From: Octopus bimaculoides
Taxonomy: Eukaryota
Assembly: GCF_001194135.2 (NCBI RefSeq)
Contig: NC_068989.1
Coordinates: 45,372,350 to 45,436,349 of the forward strand
DNA: 64,000 bases
Direction of reading: 5' to 3'
Shown in pieces: positions 25,761-38,610 of the stretch. The position numbers and the translations under genes were made by a program. The number at the start of each line of letters is the position of its first letter. Position 1 is the stretch's first letter. The notes under the pieces were generated by a model, which had not been told where the DNA came from, searched no databases, and saw only the letters and a list, made by a program, of their open reading frames with translations.

Positions 25761-28700
25761 GTATATACACGCATGCATACATACATGCATGCATACATAC
25801 ATACATACATACATACATACATAAATGCATGCATACATATATACATTCTTTTATTCTTCTATTTGTTTGTCATTTTGACTGCGGTCAAGAGCACATATAC
25901 ACACACACACACACACACATTATACACATCGACACACATACAGACGTTCATACACAAATATATACGTAAATTATATATGTAGGTATATANNNNNNNNNNN
26001 NNNNNNNNNNNNNNNNNNNNNNNNNNNNNNNNNNNNNNNNNNNNNNNNNNNNNNNNNNNNNNNNNNNNNNNNNNNNNNNNNNNNNNNNNNNNNNNNNNNN
26101 NNNNNNNNNNNNNNNNNNNNNNNNNNNNNNNNNNNNNNNNNNNNNNNNNNNNNNNNNNNNNNNNNNNNNNNNGGAGAGAATACAAAAAAATGTAATGGTG
26201 GAGCTGAGTTTTAAACTCATTCCTACAGGAGTCATACATAGGTACATAATTTTATGTCTTTTACTAAATTTTCGAATAATGTAACTGTTGTCGCTTAGAA
26301 TGGAAAAGTAAAGCGAGAAAGAGAAAGAGAATGAAAAAGAAAGACATCGTTTATTCAACACCCAAGCGAACTTATTTCATACCATCGCTTCAAAACTATT
26401 AAATAAATATATTGAGTGTTCGTTTCGTTGCTTAATTCATATTTCATATCCATTCTTTGTCGTTAGAATGTGTCAAAGAATTGTATCTCTGCATCCGATA
26501 GACCATATGTAAAAATAATGTAAAAGAAACGATTGCATCAGAAATGGGGTTAATGTAAAAGCTAAAACGATAGAGATGTATGTTCAAACGAATTTCTATC
26601 ATAAATGTCTATGTAAATCTAGCTATTTATGTTATTTAATCAAGTGTATTAAAAGCCCAGACGTCTATATGATGTTGAGAAATCAAGATCTGCAAAGCCA
26701 CCAGAAACAAAATTGCTAATAATTCGTCCATAATTGCTTTTGAAGATGGTCTACGGCTATTTCACGAAACTATTCGAATTGTTTCGTTCGTAGATAATTC
26801 ATAATTACTTTCTATTTGAAATTTATTTAGAAGTATATGTCTAGGAGAGACAACAGAAAACTACTCTAGTTTTTCCCTTATGAAATTACTTTATGAGGAT
26901 GAATTCTGCAGAGGTCATTAACAACCAAAAGGGTCATTAGGTATTGCGTTTTAATGGGCAATTCTCTGTTTAAATTCTAATGTCTGTTACTACTTGTCAT
27001 GAAGAAAAAAAAAATTAAACAAAAATGATTTAAGAGAAGTGATTAATGGGATGATTACTTTTCACATTTTACAAATGTTAAGGTAAAGCCTTAGAGCGGT
27101 GTTATAGTTTCAACAAAGAACTGAACCTGCAAAGCCGTCGTAAATAGTTTCTAAAAAAAAAAAAAATTATTAATTCGGAAAGTGACCACTAGCATTGAAC
27201 CAAATCATCTCAGGTGAATAGTAATAGTGAAGTTTGTGATAAACTGTCCGTAACAAGCTAACGACCTAATTACGGGTACACGACCTTTAGATTCCCTTGT
27301 CTTAAAAAGTGATGTGTCATCAGTTGAACCACCTATGCATGTCACCAGATTTGCGCATGTGAAGTACCAAATCTATGTTTCATTTAAGTAAGATGTGAAA
27401 TGAACTGTTGGCATGTGAAATGACTTCAAACGATGTAGTATAACTTACTGCTATATTATATCGCTTCAAATCAATACTGTTGAATTATTTGTCTTTCAAA
27501 CGTTTTGAAGTTATTCTTTTCATCTTTTACTTGTTCCAGGTCATGGGCTGCAGCCAAACTTCGTAAGTATCCAGCAGTGGTAACCGATAGTTTTGCCATA
27601 GTTTTTGTTTATAAAGTTAATCAAAGGAAGAAAGATAGTGTGTAGGTTTTTTTTCTTTTTCCCAGAATCTCTCACATATTGAAATTAGCGCGGTTAATGC
27701 CAATCCTGTACATTTTGAGTTCAGCGTTAACAGAAAAATAAATTATTCTTCTGTTGTGATCCGAATGCTTGCAATAAGAGTGAAGCATGCTAAAAGCAAT
27801 GAAGAACTATGTGGTGGAGTTATATTGGGTGTAATTTTAATTTCACCAATCATTTTGTGCAATATAAAATCGTAGGCCTGTTCTGCATTAAGCGTGTCAC
27901 TCATAAAGATCAACTAAACTGTGTTTAGCTAACGTGACAACTAATAATATAAAGAAACTCTGACGGTTTTCTGTTTAAATTTATTTACTCAGAGAGGGAG
28001 AAGCATATGGAGTAATTAGCGTGTTCTTCAAAATATAATGAGACTGGGGATTACGTTGAAATTCTTTAGGTCTATCTCCACCTATAAGGAATTTGGGTGG
28101 AGAATGCATAACTGTTAAGAGGGAAAATGGGTGAAGTATTTAGTTCAAAATATGGGGACGATGAAACATTGTGAGAGGCGATAGGAGTAGCGCGTTTGTC
28201 TAGAAGTTTATATAGGGTGAAGAATGAAATGACTAATGTCTTCAGTGGAAAGGGGCAGAATTTCAAATGGTGATAAGACTGCGGCAACGAAAGTTGAACG
28301 AACTTGAAATGAACTTCGTGTGAAGTAAAACTGGTAAGGAAACAATGTGGAAAGAGATGCATGCTTCGTGTGGTTAGAAGTAAATATCGTAGGTGGGCAG
28401 TTAGCTTGTGGAAAGCAGTAAAATCCTTCGTGAGTAAACATCAAAATGGAAAGAAATGAGAGGAGGAAGAAGATCGTGTCAGTTGTTTAGTGGTTGCAGT
28501 TTGCGGTTGAGTTGGGTTTCGTCAAACAGACAAATGCACCACTTTTTGATTTCTTTCATGCTAGTCCTGAAAGTTTGTCTGTGTTTTTAGGATTAATTGC
28601 GTAAAAAAAACATCTCTAATATGGGCCGGACTTGAGCTATACATTTACACGGAGAGAAAATCCGATAAAGATAAATATATCGGCTTAGAGAGTGAGTGTA

Positions 28701-28925
28701 TCATATGAGTCACACACAGCAAAGGAATGACAGGTTAATTGTTTATATAAAATACAACAATACGTATAAATATATTATACACATGTGTACCTGTGTGTGT
28801 GTGTGTGTGTGTGTGTGAGTGAATATGCTTATTATTTCAAAGTAAACATGAGTCAGAGATAAGATAGTAATAAAGAAAACGCGTGATCAAATGTGTTAAT
28901 AAACTGACACAACCGACCTTTTCTT

Positions 28926-29265
28926 ACTGGTTAACAAGCAGTGAGCTCATTTGCAGCAAGACAGTGCAACGCCTCATACCGCTCGAACGACCTGAAATAA
29001 ACTCCAGGAATCTAAGGGAATCGAACTGATGCCATAACCAGCATATAGTCCGGACCTAACGCACTCATATTATCACTTGTTCCAATCCTGCGCTCGCGAC
29101 ACTTTATCAACCAAGAGCAGATAGACGTTTCAGTGAAAGAGTTCTGCACCTCGAAGGGTAAGAACTGGTGTCAGTGTGAGGTCAAAGAACAGGCAGAATT
29201 ACAGTTTTAGACAGTGCAACACGATGGTCTTTACTTTGAATGCTAGATTGCATTTGTTGTAACTT
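28926..29265 (+). pseudogene. Mariner transposase C-terminal relic, copy 1
   Basis: Translates LQQDSATPHTARTT*NKLQESKGIELMP*PAYSPDLTHSYYHLF and later ...KNW...TVQHDGLYFEC*. Confidence 0.85.
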
Positions 29266-29267
29266 GA

Positions 29268-29376
29268 TGCAGAACTCTTTCACTGAAACGTCTATCTGCT
29301 CTTGGTTGATAAAGTGTCGCGAGCGCAGGATTGGAACAAGTGATAATATGAGTGCGTTAGGTCCGGACTATATGCT
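29268..29376 (-). pseudogene. Inverted partial duplicate of the mariner relic
   Basis: Reverse complement of about 29040-29148, near-identical. Confidence 0.85.
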
Positions 29377-29789
29377 TGTCGTATACATTCGCTGCTTTCT
29401 TCCAAGGAATCTAATGCTCTTAGCTTAGTTTTTCCTTGGGTCTGGCCAGATTGGAACAATCTCGAGTATAATCAGCCGAAATTGCGAAGATATATATATG
29501 ATACGAGTTTTTCATCTTGATACAACTTTTTCATATATGTGATATGAGTTTTTCATTTTGATATGTCCATAGGCCTTTTCTGTGTATGAAGTGTATGTTG
29601 TCTGTTTAAATGTGTGTTTATGCGTGTATTTGCGCATTCTTAGTACGTATGTTTGTGTGTGTGTGTGGCCTGTAGAAAGATATATTTTGTCACACATGAA
29701 TCTCAATGATTGTGCCTCTGCATATTTGTTTAATCTGCTAAAAATAACAGCCAAATTTCCTTTTCATCAGTCCATCCCTTCTGATCAGA

Positions 29790-30134
29790 CGAGAGCTCAT
29801 ATTAGGTAATATAATCATCGATTCCCTATGAGCAAGAAAAGGTCGATTCTAACCTGTAGTCCAAACAGCTGCATGAGCGGATGTATACCATGGTGAGCCA
29901 AAATGACCTGTCACTGGTTAACAAGCAGTGAGCTCATTTGCAGCAAGACAGTGCAACGCCTCATACCGCTCGAACGACCTGAAATAAACTCCAGGAATCT
30001 AAGGGAATCGAACTGATGCCATAACCAGCATATAGTCCGGACCTAACGCACTCATATTATCACTTGTTCCAATCCTGCGCTCGCGACACTTTATCAACTA
30101 AGAGCAGATAGACGTTTCAGTGAAAGAGTTCTGC
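29790..30134 (+). pseudogene. Mariner transposase relic, copy 3 (contains the upstream catalytic region)
   Basis: 29913-30134 matches 28926-29147 with one visible mismatch. The upstream part reads VDSNL*SKQLHERMY...LVNK. Confidence 0.85.
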
Positions 30135-30314
30135 GTGCTTTTATGTTGGTTGGAGTTTATATGTGATTCTTGTAATGTATTTCAAAAATTGTTGGACTTT
30201 AGTGAAATGCATGTACTGTGCGCTTCGTGTGTAACACACTAACATAAATGTTTTGCAGCTCTGTACAATATGTACGTGCGCGTGCTTGTGTGTGTATGCG
30301 TGTGTATACTGTAT

Positions 30315-32844
30315 ATAAGCACACTTATCAAGGCCAAAGTTTATCTCGATGTCAGTGCTGAATTCTTTAACATTCGTTAGCAGCCCTACTAGTTCTTCGT
30401 CATTTCTAGCAAACAGCTTCAGATTGTCCAAATAAAAGAGATGGTTTATTGTCGTATTGGAAACTCTGAACCCATACCTGGTGTTATTTAGTTCGTTTGA
30501 GAGTGGTATCAGTGCCGTGCAAAAGAGTAATGCGGAGAGGAAGTCACTTTGAAAGATACTTCGTTTGATATTGATGTTGTTAGTTTGGCGCATCCCATTA
30601 CTATGGTTTAGAAGGAGCCATGGTTTACAAGGTAGCCAAGCTACCTGGTAAGAATTTGAAGGTGACAAGAGAGATCATATATATTTTAGGGCATTGAATA
30701 CCCAGTTGTGGGACACTATCAAACGCTTTCCTGTTGTCTATCCATGCCATACTCGGGTTTTTCTTTTTGCTCCGGCAATTCTCTACAATCATTTTACTTA
30801 TGAGTAATCGATCTTTGCATCCATAAGCATTCCTTTTACAGCCTTTTTGAGTTTGTGGAAGGATGAATCTCTATTCAAGGAAAGCGTATATTCTGTCAGT
30901 TAATATGGACTTGAGGATCTTGTAGGGGGTGTTGAGACATATTATTGGTCGGTAGTTATTTGGGGTTTTTTGGTACAAGGTATGTTGTTCCTTCAAATAA
31001 CCAGGCAGGTATTTGCTCTGGATTCTGGATGACATCAGTCAGAGATGCAGCAGAATTTTGGTGTACTCCTGTTTGACAATTTTGCCAGAAGTTAGGAATT
31101 CGGTCCAGTCCTGTGGTTTTCCATTTGTGAGACTTCCTAAGAAAACATCTTAGCTCTTCTATTCCTCTTGCCTTCCATTTCTGCTCTTCAACCTCATCTA
31201 GTCTCACTTTCTCACGAACTATCCAATCAGCTCTATCATTTTACTCCTTTTGTTGCTCCATATCTTCTTCGAGAACTCTTGCATTTCCTCACTCTTAGGT
31301 GGCTCCTTTACTTTTGCCAATTTCCCTATAAAATTTCTTTGGATCCGTCTTGAATACTTTTTTATGTCGATAAAATTTGATTCTTTTGTCATACCTTCTG
31401 AGCCGTTGGGTTTTCAGTTGTATTCGTTGTTTCAATTGTTCCTTGGTTGCGGGGACGTTTATAAAACCTCTGATTTTTATATTTTTGCTTGATTTTGTTA
31501 GCTCGTTTCGTCTTAACATTTACTCCTTTTCAAGTTCATCGAGAACTGATACATCAACCCGAAGAGATTAGATCCCTTTTTGTATAGCCACTTCCCACTT
31601 AGGAGGTCGATTTACATGGTCAGTCCTTTCCTGTGTCGTCCTGATACCTAGTTGATCGGTTACAACTTTAGCAATGGAATAGATGAGGTTATTTAAGGTT
31701 GTTGGGTAATTTTCCTTATTACTTAAGCTCTGTCAAAGAGCAACATTATATATCATGATTATGTTGTTGATTTTTATACTATTTGAGGACTTTGCCAGTG
31801 GTTCTCTATTATTGATGTCAGTGGACTCAGTCTTGCTGAGTTCTCTGATAATATCTTCTTTTGCTATTATGATCTTTTCTTAATTATTCACATCAAATTC
31901 TGTGTCATACGTATTCTGGTATTCTTGTGGTAGGCCTACTTTCTCCTCTTTTCCGCATATCTGTTCTTCGCTAGTCTTTCTTCAGCTTCCTCGTTGAGAT
32001 GTACTGATCATACTCTGGGCTCTGCGCACCTGTTACCTATTTCATCCGCGTTGCTGCTGTTTTCATTCGGTCTACCATGAGATATTTGTGTCCTAATTTG
32101 GCTAATTTCCGCGTCAGTTAACCTTTTATTCTTAATGATGTCTCTACGTACATTAGTTTATTTGCAGCGATATATCTGCGTACTTCCTTGCTTACTAAGT
32201 TTCTCTATAAAATGTAAGTTTGTACTATGAGGTTATTTTTTGGGTTTAATTAGACTGTATACAAAGCTTTCAACACATCTCTATAATCCCATCTAGTCCA
32301 TTTTATGCATTTTGCTTTAGGTAATTTTTTGGTGGTGTCAATACAGGCCTAGAGTTAGGGTTATCCTGGATCTGGTTACCTAGTAGAACGTTTTTAGAGA
32401 GTTTGTTCCAGCAGCAGACTTTTAGACCCTTGACTGGTTCCCCACTGAGTAACGCGGTACTTGTTGTCTCGGGTAGTGACAATTCCGGCGTGAGTTTTGG
32501 CTTGTCATTAAGGCATTGACAGTGACAATAGCTGACGGTTCAGTTTGTTCAAAGTCGACATTTTGACCTGACACCGATTTTTCGTTATTCAAATGCATAT
32601 ATTTATCATATCATAGGCTGATAGATTGAAAATCGCCTCTATCTTTTCTTTTTTTTTTTTTTTTTTTTTTTTTTTTGGTAGCTATGTTTCCTAGTATAAC
32701 TGTTTTTTTTTTTGTGTGTGTTTTAAACTGAGTGACTAATCTAGTCCTTTTTCATATTAGTTTCTGGGAAGTCGCTTTGCATTTGTTTGTGTTCGGTACG
32801 TTTTCGCAAATTACCCAGTGAAGAAACTGTGCTTGGATGTACAA

Positions 32845-32845
<1 letters not shown>
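30315..32845 (-). mobile_element. R4/Dong-clade non-LTR retrotransposon, 5' half (3'-truncated within RT)
   Basis: N-terminal KWTRWDYRDVLKALY...RRDIIKNKRLTDAEI, then KTDPKKFYREI, KTTGLDRIPNFW, PAWLFEGTTYLVPK, AWIDNRKAFDSVPHNW and SIFQSDFLSALLF...INHLFYLDNLKLF...FGLDKCA. Many stops and frameshifts. Confidence 0.85.
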
Positions 32846-32920
<75 letters not shown>

Positions 32921-32937
32921 GTTGTTGTTGTTGTTGT

Positions 32938-33058
32938 TCAGTAGTTTTATTTTTATAACGTGCTTTCACTTCACTACCGAGCGCAGCTCTGTGTGCCTTG
33001 GGTACGTGCTGTGGTTTGCTGTGATGCTCTTATGGTTACTGTATTGAAAGTGTTTTGC

Positions 33059-33061
<3 letters not shown>
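32938..33061 (-). mobile_element. Extreme 3' end of an R4/Dong-type element inside the (TAA)n array
   Basis: The minus strand reads RKTLSIQ* (like the recalled GTAHILRKxL C-terminus of R4-clade ORFs) followed by a short 3' UTR that runs into (CAA)n(TAA)n. Confidence 0.6.
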
Positions 33062-33097
<36 letters not shown>

Positions 33098-33120
33098 GTA
33101 GTAGTAGTAGTAGTAGTAGT

Positions 33121-33353
33121 AAGGCGCGGAGCTGGCCGATTCGTTAACACGCTGGACGAAATGCGTAGAAGTATTTCGTCCGTCACTCAGCGTTCTGAGT
33201 TCATATTCCGCCGAGGTCGACTTTGCCTTTCATCCTTTCGGCGACGATAAAACAAGTACCAGTTGAACACTGGGGTCGATGTAATCAACTCATCCCGCAC
33301 CACATAAAAAAAAAAGAAAAATTGCTGCCCTTCTGGCAAAATTTGAATCCGTT
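33121..33353 (+). mobile_element. SINE family B, full length
   Basis: AAGGCGCGGAGCTGGCCGATTCGTTA (A-box like), GAGTTCATATTCC (B-box like), GAGGTCGACTTTGCCTTTCATCCTTTCGG and an (ATT)n tail. Confidence 0.9.
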
Positions 33354-33416
33354 GTCATTATTATTATTATTATTATTATAATTATTATCATTATTATTAT
33401 TATTATTATTATTATT

Positions 33417-33635
33417 AAGGCGCAGGGCTGGCAAGATCGTTAGCAGGCTGAACGAAAGACTTAGCAGTATTTCGCTCGTCGCTCCGTTCTGAATTCAAAT
33501 TCTGCCGAGGTCGACTTTGCCTTTCAACCTTTGAGGGTCGATAAATTAAGTACCAGTTGAGTAATGGAGTCGATGTGATCGACTGTCTCCCTCCCTGCAA
33601 AAATTCGGTCCTTGTACCTATAGTAGAAAGGATTA
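33417..33635 (+). mobile_element. SINE family B, full length, in the tail of the previous copy
   Basis: AAGGCGCAGGGCTGGCAAGATCGTTAG...GTAGAAAGGATTATT. Confidence 0.9.
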
Positions 33636-33827
33636 TTATTATCATTATAATTTTGCCCGTTTCATTTATTCTTTTCTGTAATCCCTGAAGTATGAGTGAG
33701 CAACCTATCGTATTAACGTCCTTTCTTTTACCGCCTTGATGAGATATGAAAATAGAAATTTCTGCAGCTGCTGCTCGTACTACTACTACTACTCCTATTA
33801 CCACCACCACCACCACTACCACCACAT

Positions 33828-33875
<48 letters not shown>

Positions 33876-34377
33876 AGGGAGAAGTGCCTACTGTTCGTAG
33901 GGTAACTGTATATAGTCGCACTCGCATCACCAGTTGTAGATGTAGTAGTAGTAATAGCAGTAAAAGCGACAGCATCTGCAAGAACAGCAGCAATAGTAGT
34001 ATTTGTTGTTTATATTTTCGTCGAACACGATCGCCTATCAAAGGCGTTCCAACCGTGACATTCATGTATTATTTTCAGTCCGCTGTGTTTATTGGTCTGC
34101 TCTTTTAAACAATCGTGTTGCCAGTGTCTGCAAGAGTATGCGCGTCAGCGTGTGTGCTTGTGTGTGCGTGTGTGTGCGTGCGTGTGTGTGTGTGTGTGTG
34201 TGCTTGTGTGTATGTGTGTGTATGTTTGTGTACGTGTGTGTGTGCTTGTGTGTGAATTTGTGTGTGTGTGTTTGTGTGAGTATGTGTGTGTGTGTATTGG
34301 TTTGAGTGTGTGTGTGTGTGTGTTGGCTGATATATGGCATATAGGGAAGGATAAAGGAACAATCTAAAGAATCGGTA

Positions 34378-34510
34378 CCAGCAGCAGCAGCAGTAGCAGC
34401 AGCAACAGTAGCAACAGCAACAGCGGCACCAGCAGTTGCAGCAGCAGCAGCAGCTGTAGCAATAGCAACAGCAGCAGCAGCAATAGCTGTAGTAGTAGTA
34501 GTAGTAACAG
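34378..34510. repeat. Imperfect (CAG/CAA/TAG)n tract
   Basis: Directly visible. TAG stops interrupt the polyQ frame and there are no flanking splice signals. Confidence 0.85.
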
Positions 34511-34690
34511 TTTCTTAGATGGTATGGTAGTCAAATTGGTATAACTCACTCTAGCAGTAATATCTAAGGGTCATTTTTGTTGTTTTCGCTGTGGCTTTTG
34601 TTATTTTAGTTTTTCTGTTGTCGTTGTTAGTTCCTGGTCCCAACTAAAGGATAAGATAAACCCCACTTTCTCTCTCTCTCTCTCTTTCTT

Positions 34691-34743
<53 letters not shown>

Positions 34744-34895
34744 GCGTGTGTGTGTATGTGTTTGTGTGTATGTGCCTGTGCGTTTGTGTGTTATTGCGTC
34801 CTTTGATATTGTCCTCCATGTTTTGGTTCCTCATGACCAATAAAGGAAAGTATTAAGATTTTTATTATTATTATTATTATCATTATTATTATTAT

Positions 34896-35427
34896 TGAGT
34901 GAGAGAGCAGCATACGCTATCAAAGTGACACTGGGGTAAAATATATACCAAGCCCAGTATACCCATCATGACTACCCATCTGATAAGGGTGCACCAGGAA
35001 CATGCACCACAACCATATGTGCACAACATGGTGATCTCATATCAAGATAAACAGGACATAACCTTGCAGGTAAGACTCAGAATTTTCTTCAGGTCGAGTA
35101 ACCCATCCCGCTGAAAAGATACCTGAATAAGGTTTCATTAAGGATGTTCAACGAATCACCTATGTTTCCAAAGAATTCCTCTCAACAAATGACTATAATG
35201 CTCCATCACTACTCCTGCACGTGATCAAAGATGCACATATCATCAGCCACCAAGGGACATGCTCAACTGGTTAAGGTCAAACAACTGACAAGCAAATCTG
35301 TGGTATTGAGGAGAATATTTGCTGTAGACCATCTTTTATACCAAGACAAAACAATGCAAATGATAACACTTCCAATCAGATAAATTCAGAAGCCATGAGA
35401 GCCACTGCATGGTACTGCATCAGGGCA
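34896..35427 (-). repeat. Interspersed repeat family C (about 530 bp) flanked on both sides by (TAA)n
   Basis: Homologous to 48378-48876 (+) and 54985-55190. The minus-strand copy runs TGCCCTGATGCAG...CTCACTCA and has an internal TATAAAAG. Confidence 0.8.
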
Positions 35428-35789
35428 TTTATTATTATTATTGTTGTTGTTATTTAAAAATGGTCAGTAGATGCCCGCCCCCCTCCACTCTATTCATGCG
35501 CCTATAGATGGGAGAGCAACAGCTGGGAGAGAGCCATTGCTTTGCTGGTCCGAGTAATCCTTGAGATGTGGTATGCCTTGATTGGCACTAGTTTCTCCTG
35601 TATCACGAAGACTGCATCACTCACGTAATCATATGCTTTGTATACCATGTATACTTTTTTTATCCCATTTTACCGTCTTTTCCATTTCTTTCTCCGTATC
35701 TTTCGTGTAAATCCCCACACAAATTGCTGATTGTCCTTGTGATGCCCGCCTCATCCATTGCTCCTGCGGTTAATGAAAGAAATCTAACA

Positions 35790-35993
35790 GAAACATTACT
35801 GCATCGGGCATAATGCTTAGGGGTATTTCGTCCGTCTGTGCGTCCTGAACTTAAATTCTGTCAAGGTCGACTTTGCTATTCATCCTTTAAAGGGTTGATA
35901 AAATAAGTACCAATTAAGCACTGGGGTTGATGCAATCGATTTAGCCCTTACCCCCAAAATTGCTGGCATTGTGTCAAACTTTGGAACCATTAT
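35790..35993 (+). mobile_element. SINE family B, diverged
   Basis: AAGGTCGACTTTGCTATTCATCCTTT...GATAAAATAAGTACCAATTAAGCACTGGGG. Confidence 0.8.
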
Positions 35994-36377
35994 TGTTAAT
36001 ATCATTATCATTTTCAAGTAGCAGTAATAGAACTTGAAGCTGGACTAGTTACTAGCGTGATATTATTACTGAGAATGTAAATTTCATGATACCCACAGGC
36101 TCTCATCACAATATCTTCGTGATAACGTTCCATATTGTATCACCTGAGGCCTCACGAGAGCAGAGAGCAGTGACCAGAAGAAACTGAGAGAGAGAGTGAG
36201 AAAGAGAGAGAGAAAGAGAGAGAGAAAGAGAGAGAAAGAAATATTTACGTGCCAGACCACAAGGATTGTGGATATAGTTACTTTGCCCCCAGTAAATAAT
36301 TATAGAGCATTGTTACAGCACTTGCAATCAGGCATGTTTTTCTGTCCATTTTATTTTAATTTTAGATATAAAGTAAC

Positions 36378-36775
36378 TACTAGGGTAGCTTGAAAGGTTC
36401 ATAGGCTGATTATGAAGGAATGATGCTAGAGCTGTGAAATTTGGTAGGCATTACTTTCAAGTTTTCATATTAATAGTGGCAGTGTCTCTTTCCAGGTAAA
36501 CTGACATTTAACTGTTTAAAGAAGACTTCAAAAGTAACTGGTATAATTCTTCTCTTGAAAATGGACAGATCTTGGCATCGTGGTGCTAATACCTGCAGTG
36601 AATGGGTTTAGCCCCCAAGGGCATTGATGCTGATATGGTTGCTACATTAAGGAATGTTGCTCCTACCTTCTCAGTGCAAAAGTGAGCACCTAAATTAAGC
36701 AGAGAAAGGAAGAGTCTTGAAGATGACCCATGGTCTAGAAGTCCTGCAACTGTCACCGTCGAAGAAAACATAGAT
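36378..36775 (+). mobile_element. 5' fragment of a second mariner family (left TIR plus HTH region)
   Basis: TIR-like TACTAGGGTAGCTTGAAAGGTTCATAGGCT. From ATG 36561 it reads MDRSWHRG...MGLAPKGIDADMVATL...RKSLEDDPWSRSPATVTVEENID. It is cut by SINE insertions. Confidence 0.8.
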
Positions 36776-36833
36776 TCTGCCAGTTCACTGTCTTTAACAA
36801 CAACAACAACAGCAATAATAATAATAATAATAA

Positions 36834-37040
36834 AAATCCATTCTACTAAAGGCACAAGGCCTGAAATTTTGGGGAAGGGGATAAGTTGATTACATTGACC
36901 CCCGTACCTATTTCATCGACCCCGAAAGAATGAAAGGCAAAGTCGACTTGAGCGATATTTGAACTCAGAACGTTGCGGCAGACAAAATACCGCTAAGCAT
37001 TTCGTCCAGCGTACTAATGATTGTGCCAGCTCGCCGCCTT
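36834..37040 (-). mobile_element. SINE family B, full length
   Basis: The minus strand starts AAGGCGGCGAGCTGGCACAATC. It is flanked by (TAA/CAA)n. Confidence 0.9.
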
Positions 37041-37084
37041 TAACAACAACAACAATAATAATAATAATAATAATGAAATGCAAT

Positions 37085-37240
37085 AATGGTTTCAAATTTT
37101 GATATAAGGCCAGCAATTTCGGGGTAAATCGATTTCATCGACGCAAGTACTCATCTGCTACTTATTTTATCGACCCCGATTAAAACGGACAAAACACCGC
37201 TAATCACTTAGTCCGGCGAGCTAACGATTCTGCCAGCTTG
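37085..37240 (-). mobile_element. SINE family B with an internal deletion
   Basis: Tail ATAAGGCCAGCAATTTCGGGG and head AACGATTCTGCCAGCT. Confidence 0.8.
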
Positions 37241-38610
37241 GAACATAAGCTCAGGGTATTTCTACTGGTATTATTGACCCAGTTGTTGTCTATTCATCTG
37301 TCGTCACTCGTGTTGTTTCCAGCGCCCAGGCACTGTACTAATCATTATTCTCGACCCTTCTTTCCCAGAAAGTCGGCCTACGGCAATTCCTTCCTTGCCC
37401 ATCTTTTCCAGGAATGGGGAATTATAATAAAGTTCAAGACCTTAAATGTCATGAATCTCATTGGTCTAGGGTGTTTTATTTCTTTGAAGGCACTGCTCTT
37501 CCCAACAATTAAAACGGGGCTGATATGAAAGAGGCTCTGTGATATTTCTAGTTGAGTTCCCTCTTATAGGCCCTCTCTTAACCATATCCACGTAATTTAA
37601 ACAATTTTGATGTGTGTGTGTGCGAGTATGTATTCATGTATGTGAGTATGTATTCATGTACGTGTGTATGTATGTATGTATGTATGTGTGTATGTATGTA
37701 TGTATGTATGTATGTATGTATGTATGTATATTTGTATGTATGTATGTGTGTGTCAGTGCGTCTGTGTGCCTGTGTACCTGTGTGTGTGTGTATGTGTGTT
37801 TGTATGTGCGTACGTGTACCATTAACCATCATTGTTTTTGAAGTGAATATATCCATTCCATCTCATGGGTGATGGTCAAAGCATCGAAGAAAAAATTCCG
37901 AGGCAGTACAAAACAGTTTTTACTCCTATCTCAAGGGGTAACTTCTCCGTGTTCATGAGTGCTGTGTGCGTTTTCATTCACGAACCTTTTCTTGGTTCTT
38001 CGAGCCCTATGTACCGACTGAATCCTTGCGTACAGGTCTTGGTTGTGGAATTTGGTCCAGTAAATTCTCATTAAACTTCAGGAATTAAAGATATTAAAAT
38101 CTCTTCACAGCTGCGCCCACAATTTTTCAGCTATCTCCAATGAATAAATTTTAATTGGGTGAATATGCCATGTAATCGATTGGTGCAAATCTAATCTATT
38201 ACTGATATGTTTAAATTATATATTTTATTGTTATGCATAACGATTCCTTGCTTGACACCATTACCTGCTTCTTTCTTGTTTTAAGAATGCATTATTCTGT
38301 TGCAAATTTTCAGTCTCTATTTCACCCCTTTTCTCTCTCGCTACAGAGGATTAGTTAAAGGGACATGGGAAAACTTATACCTAACATCTCACGTCTGACC
38401 TCTTATAATATATTCTTTCCACTTGAATGAAGCAGGAGACTAGCAGTTCTCAGACGGTGTTCCACAGGTAATTTTAGAAAATGAATATTATTACTTGAGT
38501 GACTTAGAAAATCATTTTATTCATGAATTTGATATATCATCGACAAATATGAAACAATAAAGAAACAGTTTCAATGAAAAGAAATTTAAATATATTAAGA
38601 AACTTCCCCT

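Noticed and set aside
27666-27875. About 69 open codons after a strong pyrimidine-rich AG
   Set aside because: There is no convincing donor or homology and no partner exon. It could be chance, though RNA-seq would settle it.
32787-34549. Poly-L, poly-T, poly-S and poly-Q-like ORFs
   Set aside because: They are translations of trinucleotide microsatellites, with no splice context or domain content.
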